Shown: positions 25,626 to 38,073, numbered from the stretch's first letter. The stretch is 64,000 nucleotides of DNA from Octopus sinensis (GCF_006345805.1 NC_042998.1:168888001-168952000); one strand, 5' to 3'. The notes: a model not told the origin generated them from the letters alone. Numbers and translations: made by a program.

Positions 25626-25992
25626 TCCCTTTATCCTATTCTTACACTGTAACAATATTGTGATTGATATTGAGAAAGATTGCTTTGGTCATATAGCAGA
25701 ACGTCTGTCATGTTTACAGGAAATGTAGGTTCAAGTCCAAAGAGCAACCTTCTATATTTTCTATCCAAAGAGTTTTCAGCCCGGTGCTTACACGGAGGAG
25801 GAGGAGGATTTTGTTAGATTAGACTCTGCATGACCAAATGGCTAAGAAGTATATGTTTCGCAACTACTGGGTTCTGGGCTCAATTTCAAGCGTGGCATTT
25901 GAGCAAGTATTTTAGTGTTTTGCTAAAGTTGTTTTTTTATTATACTGTTGCTTTTTGCTTTTTTGTTTCTGTTTTTGTGATGCTGCCGCTGT

Positions 25993-26036
<44 letters not shown>

Positions 26037-26329
26037 ATATAATTATTGTTGTTTCTTCTGCTAGTGCTGCTCTTAATTGATGTAAGCGAAGCTATTATTC
26101 CTGTTCCTATTGCTGTTGAAGCCAAATCAAATCTGATCGGGCAAGTTATGATGAAAAATATTTTAGCCTTGACGAATAGCTTCCGATCGAACCAAGCTTT
26201 GTCAGTGAAATTGGATCGACGGAAACTGTGTGGAAGCCAGTCAGATAGGCTGTACCTGTAAATCAAAGACACAGCCTTGTCTCACACACACACATGCTTA
26301 ATCTGCCTGAAAATAATTCTGAGAGTTAA

Positions 26330-26550
26330 AGGCGGCGAGCTGGCAGAGTCGCTATTGCGCTGGGTAAAACGCTTAGCGGCGTTTTGTCCGTCTTTACGTT
26401 CTGATTTCAAATGCCTGCGGAGTCGACTTTGCATTTCATCCCTTTCGGGGTCGATATACTGAATACCAGTTGAGCACCAAGATCGATGTAATCGACTAGC
26501 CCCCTTCTCCGAACATACTGGCCTTGTGCTAAAATTTTAAACCAATAATT
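26330..26550 (+). mobile_element. SINE family A
   Basis: GGCGGCGAGCTGGCAGAGTCG...GGGGTCGAT...GGCCTTGTGCTAAAATTTTAAA. Confidence 0.85.
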
Positions 26551-26821
26551 ACGCTAAGAGTACACTTGTCTTTGGAATACTTAACCACGTAATTCAATGA
26601 TCGACCAACAACTGAATACTTATCGCCGAAACCGCTGGAGATCCATTACTGCTTTTGTGGTTGGTACATTGCTGCTAAGACTATTGTTGTCGATTCTATT
26701 GTTCTCGTTTCTACTGTTGTTGCTGCTGCTGTTGTTGTTATTGGTGATGATGTCGCTGATGCCAAAACTGTCGTAGTTATTGTAGTTGTTGTTAGTATAC
26801 CTGTTTTTTTTTTCGTTTATT

Positions 26822-27033
26822 TATTTTACTTGTTTCAGTCATTAGACTGTGGCCATGCTGGAGCACCGGCTTGAAGAATTTTAGTCGAACGATTCGTTCC
26901 TGGTGCTTATTTTTTTAAAAAACTTAGTATTTATTTTATCGAACTCTTTTTCTACATTGCTAGGTTCGGGAACATAAATACACCATCGCCGATTGTCAGG
27001 CGGTGGTGAGAGACAAACACAAGCACAATGACA

Positions 27034-27097
<64 letters not shown>

Positions 27098-27399
27098 CAC
27101 ACACACATACACATATATATACACACGCACATATACATATATTTATATATATATATATGTATATATATATGTATATATATAGGGAGAATTCACGTAAAAA
27201 ACAAAAGACGAAGACAGATGGTGTAGAAAACAAACAGATGTATTAGTATAACGCTCGGGAATTGAAAAAGTCTTTTACGTTTCGAGCCTACGCTCTTCCA
27301 CAGAAAGGAACACAGAAAGAACAAGGAGAGAAAAAAATGAGTGTAGTGGCTACCGATCTATCATGGCGACTGGCACATACACACACACATATATATGTA

Positions 27400-27463
<64 letters not shown>

Positions 27464-27825
27464 TATATATGCATGTGAAGGCGCATGTGAGGTGCATGGT
27501 TTAGTGGTTAGGGTGTGGCACTAATAATTGCGAGACCGGGCGTTGCGTTGTGTTTCTGAGCAAAGCACTTCGTTTCACGTTGCTCTGCGATAACTTCATC
27601 ATGTGGCACACGGTGGTACACGGTGCACCTCTACAGGTAAGGTCACACACACGTATGCACACGGTGCACCTATACAGGTAATGTCGATTTGATGGAGGGA
27701 CTGAGCTTGTGTGTACACAAACACTTGATCTCTATAAACAAATCATCTGCGTGGTTGTTCGGCAAGTAATTACCGAACCCTTTGACGTCGGGAGAGTCCA
27801 TGCCATATATGCATACATACACACA

Positions 27826-27905
<80 letters not shown>

Positions 27906-28158
27906 ATAAAAATAAATAATTGATATTAATCGATTAAAACCAGTGGCTTAGCATATTTTTAAAAAGTTAGAAGATTAAAATTGTGTTACATACAAAATTT
28001 AGACGACTAACCACTAAAAGTGGACAGCCTATATGCTAAACATAGACGTCAAATCACCATTACCACGAAGAATGTGTTCTCAAGAAAAATCTCAGCAAAG
28101 AAAACAAATGTAAAAATAAGCAAGGCAAAGTGGTCAGTCCTCTAAATTTGTGTATATA

Positions 28159-28241
<83 letters not shown>

Positions 28242-28400
28242 GCAGGACGGTCTTCTTTCGGTTTCTGTCTACAAAATCCACTCACAAGGCTTTGTTCGGT
28301 TCGGGACTATAATATAGGACAATTGTCCAAGGTTTCACGCAGTGAGACCGATACCGGAACCATGTGGTTTGCAAGCAAACTTCTTACCATTGAGCCACAT
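26822..28400 (-). mobile_element. SINE-B split by nested insertions in its internal microsatellite
   Basis: B tail at 26822-27027 and B head at 28243-28400. Between them lie (CA)n/(TA)n, a PLE-type fragment (27185-27370), SINE-D (27478-27810) and an unidentified segment (27905-28145). Confidence 0.65.
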
Positions 28401-28847
28401 TTTTACTACTGCTGCTGCTGTTGCTGCGGCTGCCGCTGCTGCTGTTGCTGTTGTCATTGTTGCATTTGTAGCTATTCGTGTTGTTGTTGCTGTTACTGTC
28501 ACTAACAGTTTGACTGCTGCTTTTGTATGTTTTTTACGCTGTTGCTGCTGTTGCCGCTGCTACTGCTGTTGTTGCTGTTATTGCTGTGGCTACTACTACT
28601 GCTGCTGTGGCTGCTACTACTACTGCTGCTTATATAATTGTTGTTTTTGCTTCTGCTTGTGCTGCTCTTAATTGATGTAAGTGAAGCCATTATTTCTGTT
28701 CCTGTGCTGTCGAAGGCTCGGTCACATCTGATCGGGCAAGCTTATGATGAAAAGCATTCTATACTTGACCAGTTCTTCACTCTTTTTTTCTTTCCTTCCC
28801 ATCCTCCCTCTCTCCCTCTCTCCCGTTTTCTCTTTCTCTCTCTCTCC

Positions 28848-28894
<47 letters not shown>

Positions 28895-29265
28895 GTATCT
28901 AGGACTACAATTTTCAATTCACACATAGATGCTCCATCATTGGCTAGTTGCGTCTATTGTTATAGTCCAGCCTGAGATCAGCCCAGATCTAGCAGTCTAT
29001 GATCAAACGCGTTCCAGCCGTGACCAACCCCAATGTGTCCTTCCTCTTTGCTAAGATGAAGATTCGGTTTCTAGTTTGCGAAAGTTTCAGTACCATTTAG
29101 AACCTCTTCCTTGTTTCATTATTAATGTTATTATATTTACTTCCACTTCTATTGTTGCAATTTCCGGTGTTGCTAATATCCTCGCGTCGTTGCCCCTGTA
29201 ATAGTTATAATCATAATTTCTATTGCTGTTTTCTGCTGTTCATTCTGTTTTGTTGATAATAATAA

Positions 29266-29970
29266 ATGCCCGGATGCAGTACCAGGCAGTGGCTCTCGTG
29301 GCTTCTGTTCTTAACTGATTGGAAGTGTTATTATGTACATTGTTTTGTCATGGTATAAAAGGTGGGCTAAAGCAAATATTCTGCTCAATACCACAGATTT
29401 GCTCGTAAGTTGTTTGATCTTAACCAGTTGAGCATGTCCCTTAGTGGCTAACGATATGTGCATCTCTGATCACGAGCAGAAGTAGTGGGGGAGCATCATA
29501 GCCACATGTTAAGAGGAATTCTTTGGGATTTGGATAATTCACCTTTGGAAACATAGGTGGTTCGTTCAACATCCTTAAACAACCCCTATTCAGGGACCTT
29601 TTGAGCGGGATAGGCTACTTGACCTGTAGAAAATCCAAACCTGCAAGGTCATGCGTTGTTTATCTGGCCCTTAATATTACTATTTGGCAAGGCGGCGAGC
29701 TGGCAGAAACGTTAGCTCGCCGGGCGAAGTGCTTAGTGGTATTTCGTCTGCCGTTACGTTCTGAGTTCAAATTCCGCCGAGGTCGACTTTGCTTTTCATC
29801 CTTTCGGGGTCGATAAATTAAGGACCAGATGTGAAATCACTGCTGCGTACATATGGTTGAGATGCATGTGCCTAGTGTACCCTTATCAGACGGGTAGTTA
29901 TGATGGGTATACTGGGCTTCGTATATTTTACTCCAGTGTCACTTTGATAGCATGCACTGCTCTCTCACTC
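29266..29970 (+). mobile_element. (TAA)n-associated non-coding element E, copy 1 (interrupted at 29665-29828)
   Basis: Starts AATAATAA|ATGCCCGGATGCAGTACCAGGC and ends GCACTGCTCTCTCACTC|(AAT)n. Reverse complement of copies 2-4. Confidence 0.85.
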
Positions 29971-29999
29971 AATAATAATAATAATAATAATAATAAAAA

Positions 30000-30578
30000 T
30001 CCTTTCTATTATAAGCACAAAGCCTGAAATTATGGCGGTGGGGGATAGTCGATTACATTAACCCAAGAATTCAACTGGTTGTTCTTTTACTGAACCCCGA
30101 AAGGATGAAAGGCAAAGTTAACCTCGGCAGAATTTGAACTCAGAACGTAGCGGCAGACGAAATACCTATTTCTTTATTATCCACAAGGGGCTAAACACAG
30201 AGAGGACAAACAAGGACAGAGAAACGGATTAAGTCGATTATATCGACTCCAGTGCGTAACTGGTACTTAATTTATCGACCCCGAAAGGATGGAATGCAAA
30301 GCCGGCCTCGGCGGAATTTGAACTCAGAACGTAGCAGCAGACGAATTACCTATTTCTTTATTACCCACAAGGGGCTAAACATAGAGGGAACAAACAAGAA
30401 TAGACAAACGGATTAAGTCGATTACTCGACCGCAGTGCATAACTGGTACCTAATTTATCGATCCCGAAAGGATGAAAGGCAAAGTCGACCTCGGCGGAAT
30501 TTGAACAGAGAACGTAGCGGCAGACGAAATACCGCTAAGCATTTCGACCGGCGCGCTAACGTTTCTGCCAGCTCACCT
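30000..30578 (-). mobile_element. SINE family A trimer
   Basis: Two tail1|GGTA(A/T)TTCGTCTG junctions, final tail2. Confidence 0.9.
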
Positions 30579-30635
30579 AATAATAATAATAATAATAATA
30601 ATAATATTAATATAATAATAATAATAATAATAATA

Positions 30636-30673
<38 letters not shown>

Positions 30674-30819
30674 CGACAAGAACAAAACGAAACACACACA
30701 CGCACATGTACATGTAACAGAATCGTTAAAACATTCTAAGTTCACATTCCACCGAGGTCGACTTTCCCTTTCATCATTTTTGGGGTCGATAAATTACGTA
30801 CCAGTGGAACACTGGTAAT

Positions 30820-30845
30820 TTTTATAGAATGGATCATTATCACTA

Positions 30846-30879
<34 letters not shown>

Positions 30880-31411
30880 CATCATTGCAGTTGTAGCTCT
30901 CTTTGCTACTGTCCTTCTTGCCTTTGATGTTGTTGTTGTTGTTGTTACTGTTGGTATTGCTGTGTCTATTGCAATGTGAATAGTATAATGACAGAATTTC
31001 AGCTTCAGTGATAAGAACGACGTCGGTAGGGGTATTGATGCATGGTGGAAGTGTTGGTGGCGGCACAATTGGTGATAGTTGTGGTGGTGGTGGTGGTGGT
31101 GATGGTGGTGGTGGTGGTGGTAGTAGTGGTAGTGGTGGTGGTGGTGATGGAGCTGATGGTGCTAGTACAGCAAGTGCTGCTACTACTGTAGATAATAAGA
31201 CAGCGATAAAACAATAGTGGTTACAGCAGTGAATAGAAGAGATTGTAATATAACAACAGTTGTTAGTGATAGCATAGTTGATGGTTCTTTGTTGTTGTTG
31301 AGGCATTGGTAGTGGTGTGGTGGTGGTGGTGAGGATGACGATGACGATAGAGATGGGTGTGGCTTACATCGGAAGCAGTGGAAGCTAGTAAAGCCGGTAC
31401 TGGTGCTATTT

Positions 31412-31443
<32 letters not shown>

Positions 31444-31520
31444 GGTGGTGGTGGTTTTGACGGCGGCGGCGGCGGAGACGGTGGCGACGGCAGCAGCGGC
31501 GGTGGGGTGGGGTGGTCAAA
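30820..31520. repeat. (ATT)n, (GTT)n, (GGT)n and (GGC)n low-complexity tracts
   Basis: Direct inspection. Confidence 0.85.
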
Positions 31521-31720
31521 CTCCAGGGTTCACCAGCCTCCCTGTTCGTACCGACCTATAATGAAAAGCCTTCCAACCATGACCACATCGTCAAATGCAA
31601 TGAATCTCTAACTACAACTTTGACCAATGTGATGCTGAGAGGGAACAGGAGCTAGACGATGATGATGACGACGACGACGATGAGGAAGGGTGGTGGTGGT
31701 ATTGATATTACTATTTGGCA

Positions 31721-33730
31721 AGGCGGCGAGCTGGCAGAAACGTTAGCTCGCCGGGCGAAGTGCGTAGTGGTATTTCGTCTGCCGTTACGTTCTGAGTTCA
31801 AATTCCGCCGAGGTCGACTTTGCCTTTCATCCTTTCGGGGTCGATAAATTAAGGACCAGTCACGCACTGGAGTCGATATAATCGACTTAATCCGTCTGTC
31901 TGTCCTTGTTTGTCTCCTCTGTGTTTAGCCCCTTGTGGGTAGTAAAGAAATAGGTATTTCGTCTGCCGCTACGTTCCGTGTTCAAATTCCGCCGAGGTCG
32001 ACTTTGCCTTTCATCCTTTCGGGGTCGATAAATTAAGTACCAGTTACGCACTGAGGTTGATGTAATCGACTTAATCCATTTGTCTGTTCTTGTTTGTCCC
32101 CTCTATGTTTAGCTTTCGAAGTCGATAAAATAGGTACCAGTTGCATACTGGGTCGATCTAATCGACTGGCCTACTCCCCAAAATTTTGGGCCTTGTGCCT
32201 GGAGTAGAAAAGACTCGTTAGCACGCGCGATAAAATGCATAGTGACATTTCATTTCATCTGTCTTTACGTCCTGAGTTCAAATTCCGCCGAGGTCAATTA
32301 TGTCTTACATCCTTTCGGGGTCGATAAAATAAGTACCAGTTGAACACTGGGATTCGATGTCATCAGCTTATCTTCTCCCCCGAAATTGCTGGCCTTTGAA
32401 ACCAGCATTTGTGGGGTTCTATTTGGCCCTAGATGGGAATTCCCCGATAGGAAAATATAATTTCTTTTTTACTTGTTTTATAAGGGTGTCTTTTTTATCA
32501 AGCATATTTTCTTTATACTCTTTATTCTTTGCGAACCAAAACTGTTTTTGTCCAGTCCTCTCATCTTTGCCTGTTGTGGCAAATAAAGAAATAATGAATT
32601 TACCCATTTTTGTCTTTCTGGTTTTTTTTCCAGAGGAGTCTTTACAAAAGTATTTTAAGGCGACGAATTGGCAGAATCGTTACCACATCAGACAAAATGC
32701 TAGGCAGCATTACATTCGGCTCTTTATGTTTTCAGTTCAAACGCCATCAAGGTCAACTATGCCTTTCATCCTCAGGAGGTCGATAAAATAAGTATCTGTT
32801 GAGCACTAGAGACTGATATAATCAACTACCCCACCCCCCGTAAAATTAATGGCCTCGTACAAAAATTTGAAATAATTATTATTAAGGTGGCAAAGTTGCA
32901 GAATCATTGGCACGCCGGACAAAATACTTAGCGGCATTTCTTCCAGCTTTAGGGTTTTAATTAAAATTTCGCCGAGATCAACTTTGCCTTTCATATACTC
33001 GAGATCAATGAAATAAGTATCAGTTAGGAACTGAGATCGACATATCCGACTACCTCTCCCCCCAAATGCCAAGCCTTGTGCTTATGATACAAAGGATCTT
33101 TTGAGGTGGTGAGCTGACAGAATCATTGAGTTACGTAAGATGGCGAGCTGGCAGAAACGTTAGCACACAGGGCGAAATGCTTTGCGGTATTTCGTCCGCC
33201 GCTACGTTCTGAGTTCAAATTCCGCCGAGGTCGACTTTGCCTTTCATCCTTTCGGGGTCGATAAATTAAGTACCAGTTACACACTGGGGTCGATGTGATC
33301 GACTTAATCCCTTTGTCTGTCCTTCTTTGTCCCCTCTATGTTTGGCCCCTTGTGGGCAATAAAGAAATAAGAATCATTGAGTTACGTCGCAAAATGCTTC
33401 CTCCAGCTCTTTATGTTCTGAGTTCAAATACTGTCATGGTCAACTTTGCTTTTCAGGGTCGATCAAATAGAGTGTCATTGACATACTGGATACAATTTTT
33501 TGGCTCCTACCCTCAAAATTGCTGGCCTTGTGCGCAGAATTGCTAGCACGCTGGACCAAATTCTTAAATGTATTTCGCCCGTCGCTATGTTCTGAATTTG
33601 AATTCCGTCTACGTCAACTTTGCCTTTCATCTTATCGGGGTCAACAAATTAATTTCCAGTTGAGTACTGGGGCCGACATAATCGATTTAACTCCTCCTCC
33701 TAAATTTCAGGCCTTGTGCCTTTATTAGAA
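31721..33730 (+). mobile_element. Dense same-strand SINE-A cluster, including a young copy with an 18-bp TSD (33137-33369)
   Basis: TSD AGAATCATTGAGTTACGT at 33119-33136 and 33370-33387. Confidence 0.85.
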
Positions 33731-33746
33731 AGGATTATTATTATTA

Positions 33747-33821
<75 letters not shown>

Positions 33822-33849
33822 CATTATTATCATCATTATTATTATTATT

Positions 33850-34352
33850 GAGTGAGAGAGCAGTGCATGCCATCAAAGTGACACTGGGGTAAAATATACG
33901 AAGCCCAGTATACCCATCATGACTACCTGTCTGATAAGGGTACACCAAGCACATGCATCACAACCAAATGTGCGCGACATGGTGACCTCATATCAAGAGA
34001 AACAGCGCATGACCGTGCAGGTGGGCCCAGTTAGAATTTTCTTCTGGTAGAGTTGCATATCCTGCTCATAAGGGCCCTGAATAACGATTGTTTCGAACGA
34101 ACCACCCATGTTTCCAAAGGTGAATTATCCAAACCTCCAAGTATTCCTTTCAACACACGGCTATGATGCTCCCCCACTACTTCTGCTTGTGATCAAAGAT
34201 GCACATATCGTCAGCCACTAAGGGACATGGTTAACTTATTAAGGTCAAACAACTTACGAGCAAATCTGTGGTATTGAGCAGAATATTTGCTGTAGCCCAT
34301 CTTTTATACCAAGATAAAACAATGTACATGATAACACTTCCAATCAGTTAAG

Positions 34353-34353
<1 letters not shown>
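33850..34353 (-). mobile_element. Element E, copy 2
   Basis: (ATT)n on both sides; homologous to copy 1. Confidence 0.88.
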
Positions 34354-34392
<39 letters not shown>

Positions 34393-34416
34393 TATTATTA
34401 TTATTATTATTTAATA

Positions 34417-34935
34417 AGGCGGCCAGCTGGCAGAAACGTTAGCACGCCGGCCAAATGCGTAGCCGTATTTCGTCTGCCGTTACGTTCTGAGTACGCACTG
34501 GGGTCGATGTAATCGACTTAATCCGTTTCTCTGTCCTTGTTTGTCCTCTCTGTGTTTAGCCCCTTGTGGGTAATAAAGAAATCGGTATTTCGTCTGCCGT
34601 TACGTTCTGAGTTCAAATTCCGCCGAGGTCGACTTTGCCTTTCATCCTTTCGGAGTCGATTAAATAAGTACCAGTTACGCACTGGGGTCGATATAATCAA
34701 CTTAATCCGTTTGTCTGTCCTTGTTTGTCCTCTCTGTGTTTAGCCCCTTGTGGGTAGTGAAGAAATAGGTATTTCGTCCATCTTTACGTTTTTCAGTTCA
34801 AAAAATCCGACAAGGTCGACTTTTCATCCTGTCGACGTCAATAAATTAAGTACCAGGGAAACTCTGGGGATCGATGTAATCGACTAGTCCCCTCCCCTAA
34901 AATTTCTGGCCTAGTGCCCACAGTAGAAAGGATCA
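34417..34935 (+). mobile_element. SINE family A trimer
   Basis: Junctions AAAGAAATC|GGTATTTCG and AAGAAATA|GGTATTTCG, final tail2. Confidence 0.9.
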
Positions 34936-35380
34936 TCATTATAGTGTTGTAGTAGTAACAGTGACAGCAGCAGCGGAAGCAACATCGGCAGCAGCAACAG
35001 TAGCAGCAGGCAGCGTGGTTATTAACGTTACCGGTAATACTTTTCGTAGTGGTGTTGCTGTCTGTGATGGCTCTGGTGATGTGACGGCTGCGATGAATAT
35101 TTCCATCAACGACGGCCACAACAGAACCAGTGACTAAAAAGTAAATAGAAAGACAAGCGAGAGTGGTGGGGAGGGAGTGAGGGAGAGCGCTGCGTAGATG
35201 CATACATACATGAATGTGCGTATATATGTGTATATATATATATATGCGAGAGAGAGAGAGAGAGAGAATTAGGGAGTGGTTTTCTTTCACATGACCGACC
35301 AACACTTCGATTCGATATTCTATGAACAGTGATTGCAACTAAACACAAGTTTCGTTTGTTTTGATAGCAGCGCCAGACAT

Positions 35381-35394
35381 GTTACTATGGCAAC
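35381..35394. promoter_or_regulatory. Candidate RFX-binding X-box
   Basis: GTTACTATGGCAAC matches the X-box consensus GTTNCYATGGNAAC, lies in non-repetitive DNA and is flanked by CAT...ATG. Confidence 0.4.
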
Positions 35395-35429
35395 ATGATT
35401 CCCAGCCAAACTGTGCTTCGCAGCGAGAA

Positions 35430-35686
35430 GAAAAAAAAAGGAGGAAGAAGTGAAAAAGTGAATGTATACATAAAAGAAGAGATAGAAAGAAAGAAATGAG
35501 AGAATGACGATTGGAAAGAATAAAGTAAAAAAAGAAAAGGAGAAAGAAGAGAAGGAAGAATGAAAGAAAGAAAAGGAAGGAAGGAAGAACTAGAAAGAGA
35601 AGAAAAGAAAGAAAGAAGGAAAGAAAGAAAGAAAGAAAGAAGAAAGACAGAGAAAGAAAGAAATAAAAAGAAAGAAAGAAAGAAAG

Positions 35687-35729
<43 letters not shown>

Positions 35730-36120
35730 AGAATTGAAAGAAAGAAAACTGAATGGAAGGAAAAAGAATGAATGAATAAATGAATAAGTGAGTAAGTGAA
35801 AGAAATGACATTAAATAAAAGCAGAAATAAAAAGAAAGAATAATAACAGAAAAAAAGAGTAAAAAAGAAAGAAAAATTAAAGAGAAATTAAGAAAGAAAC
35901 AAACAAACAAACAAATAAAGGAAAGGAAAAAGAGGCGAGAAGAATGAACAAAAGAATGAAAGACGAAGAAAAACAAAAGATGAACGAAGGAAAGTAAAAG
36001 AAAAAGGCTAACGAAAGGTAAAGGAAGAACAAATCAAGCGCAAAACCAGAAAGATAAAAAAGGCAAAAAAATTAAAAGAAATAACAAAAGAAAGAAAAAG
36101 GAAGGAAGGAAGGAAACGCA
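35430..36120. repeat. ~700-bp degenerate (GAAA)n polypurine tract
   Basis: Direct inspection. Confidence 0.9.
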
Positions 36121-36189
36121 ATGATACAAAAGAAATTATACAAGTCTTTATTTGTTGAGGTAGTTGTTTCCTGTTGGATCACACCTAAT

Positions 36190-36844
36190 GAAGTAGAACA
36201 ACGATCAACGTTGTTCAATCCTTCATTGTATACAGGGCTTGCATTATCCAATATGCTCCTTCCAGAGTATAATTTGAAAGGCATTTAGCTGCTGTTTCTA
36301 ACAAGTCGTTCGACCATATCGAGGCTTCAACTTTTACTCGAAGAAGTAGTGAAGAAGTAGAACAACGATCAACGTTGTTCAATCCTTCATTGTATACAGG
36401 GCTTATATTATCCAATATGCCCCTTCCAGAGTATAATTTGAAAGGCATTTAGCTGCTGTTTCTAACAAGTCGTTCGACCATATCGAGGCTTCAACTTTTA
36501 CTCGAAGAAGTAGTGAAGAAGTAGAACAACGATCAACGTTGTTCAATCCTTCATTGTATACAGGGCTTGCATTATCCAATATGCTCCTTCCAGAGTATAA
36601 TTTGAAAGGCATTTAGCTGCTGTTTCTAACAAGTCGTTCGACCATATCGAGGCTTCAACTTTTACTCGAAGAAGTAGTGAAGAAGTAGAACAACGATCAA
36701 CGTTGTTCAATCCTTCATTGTATACAGGGCTTACATTATCCAATATGCTCCTTCCAGAGTATAATTTGAAAGGCATTTAGCTGCTGTTTCTAACAAGTCG
36801 TTCGACCATATCGAGGCTTCAACTTTTACTCGAAGAGGTAGTGA
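36190..36844. repeat. Tandem array of 4 x 164 bp
   Basis: GAAGTAGAACAACG recurs at 36190, 36354, 36518 and 36682. Copies differ at only a few sites. Confidence 0.97.
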
Positions 36845-37111
36845 GTGGCAAGTGAGATTGAGGTGTTCATGGATTTAAAGCTCGAGAACCGTTAGGCCGG
36901 TGTAAGTGCAATGAAATTACTCCAACCAGGAATCGAAACCGGATTTCGATAAATAAGAATCTTTTTAATAGTGATCGAGCAGACACGGGAATGGTTTCCA
37001 GATTAATGGTTGAGGACATGAGACAGTAGTATGGATTGGAATTTAATACACAGACATACACACATACACACACATACATACACATACATGCATATATGTA
37101 TATATATATAT

Positions 37112-37327
37112 TTTTACTTGTTTCAGTAATTTGACTGTGGCCATGCCATGCTGGAGCACTGCCTTTAGTCGAGCAAATCGACCCCAGGACTTATTCTTTG
37201 TAAGCATAGTACTTATTCTATCGGTCATTTTTGCCGAACCACTAAGTTACATGAACTTAAGCACACCAGCATCGGTTGTCAAGTGATGTTGAGGGGACAA
37301 ACACAGGCACACAAAAATACACACACA

Positions 37328-37366
<39 letters not shown>

Positions 37367-37542
37367 ATATATATATATATGATGGGCTTCTTTCAGTTTC
37401 CGTCTACTAAATCCATTCACAAGGCTTTGGTCGGCCCGAGGCAATAGTAGAAGACACTTGCCAAAGGTGCCTAGCAGTGGGACTGAACCCGGAACCATGT
37501 GGTTGGTAGGCAAGCTACTTACTACACACTCACTCCTGCGCC
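37112..37542 (-). mobile_element. SINE family B, full length, internal (CA)n(TA)n
   Basis: Head, CORE-like segment and tail all present. Confidence 0.9.
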
Positions 37543-38073
37543 TATATATATACATATATATATATATACATATTGTATTTCGGGATGCTGATCTTTTTTT
37601 TTTGTTGCTAAATAAAATTACGGACTATATATTCTTTCTTCCCTCGTTTATAAATGTTCTTATTCTAACTCATGTCCGTGTACTCCACAAAAGGCGTGTA
37701 CTCTTAATGTAGTTCTCAGGGGGATTCAGCGTAACACAGAATATGTCATGGTACTACACATTTTTGCTAACTGAGTGGACTGGACCAACGTGAAATAAAG
37801 TGTATGTTATTAGCTAAGGAAGCACCTTTAGTTCAAAGTAGTATTCTGTTATTGTATGTTTCTTTCCGATGGCGGCCAAAGAAGGGGAAATATGCACTTA
37901 ACAAATCCACCATCGCTGCTAGATACTTTTCGTCTACTACTGATATATTTCTGTGTTTTTTAACATTATACGTCTATACAAGAATGCTTCATTGAGAAGA
38001 ATTCTGCAGTTTGTATTTTTTTTTTCAGCAGTTAAGATTGTTAAGCAGTTAAGAGTTGACAATAACATACAGA

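Noticed and set aside
25685-25750. tRNA-Thr-like sequence with GGTTCAAGTCC
   Set aside because: Cloverleaf does not close; at best a decayed SINE head or tRNA pseudogene.
36190-36844. CRISPR-like array or coding repeat
   Set aside because: Contiguous identical units without spacers, eukaryotic context, 164-bp unit breaks the frame. The WSNDLLETAAKCL peptide's faint likeness to a dynein segment is too short to support.
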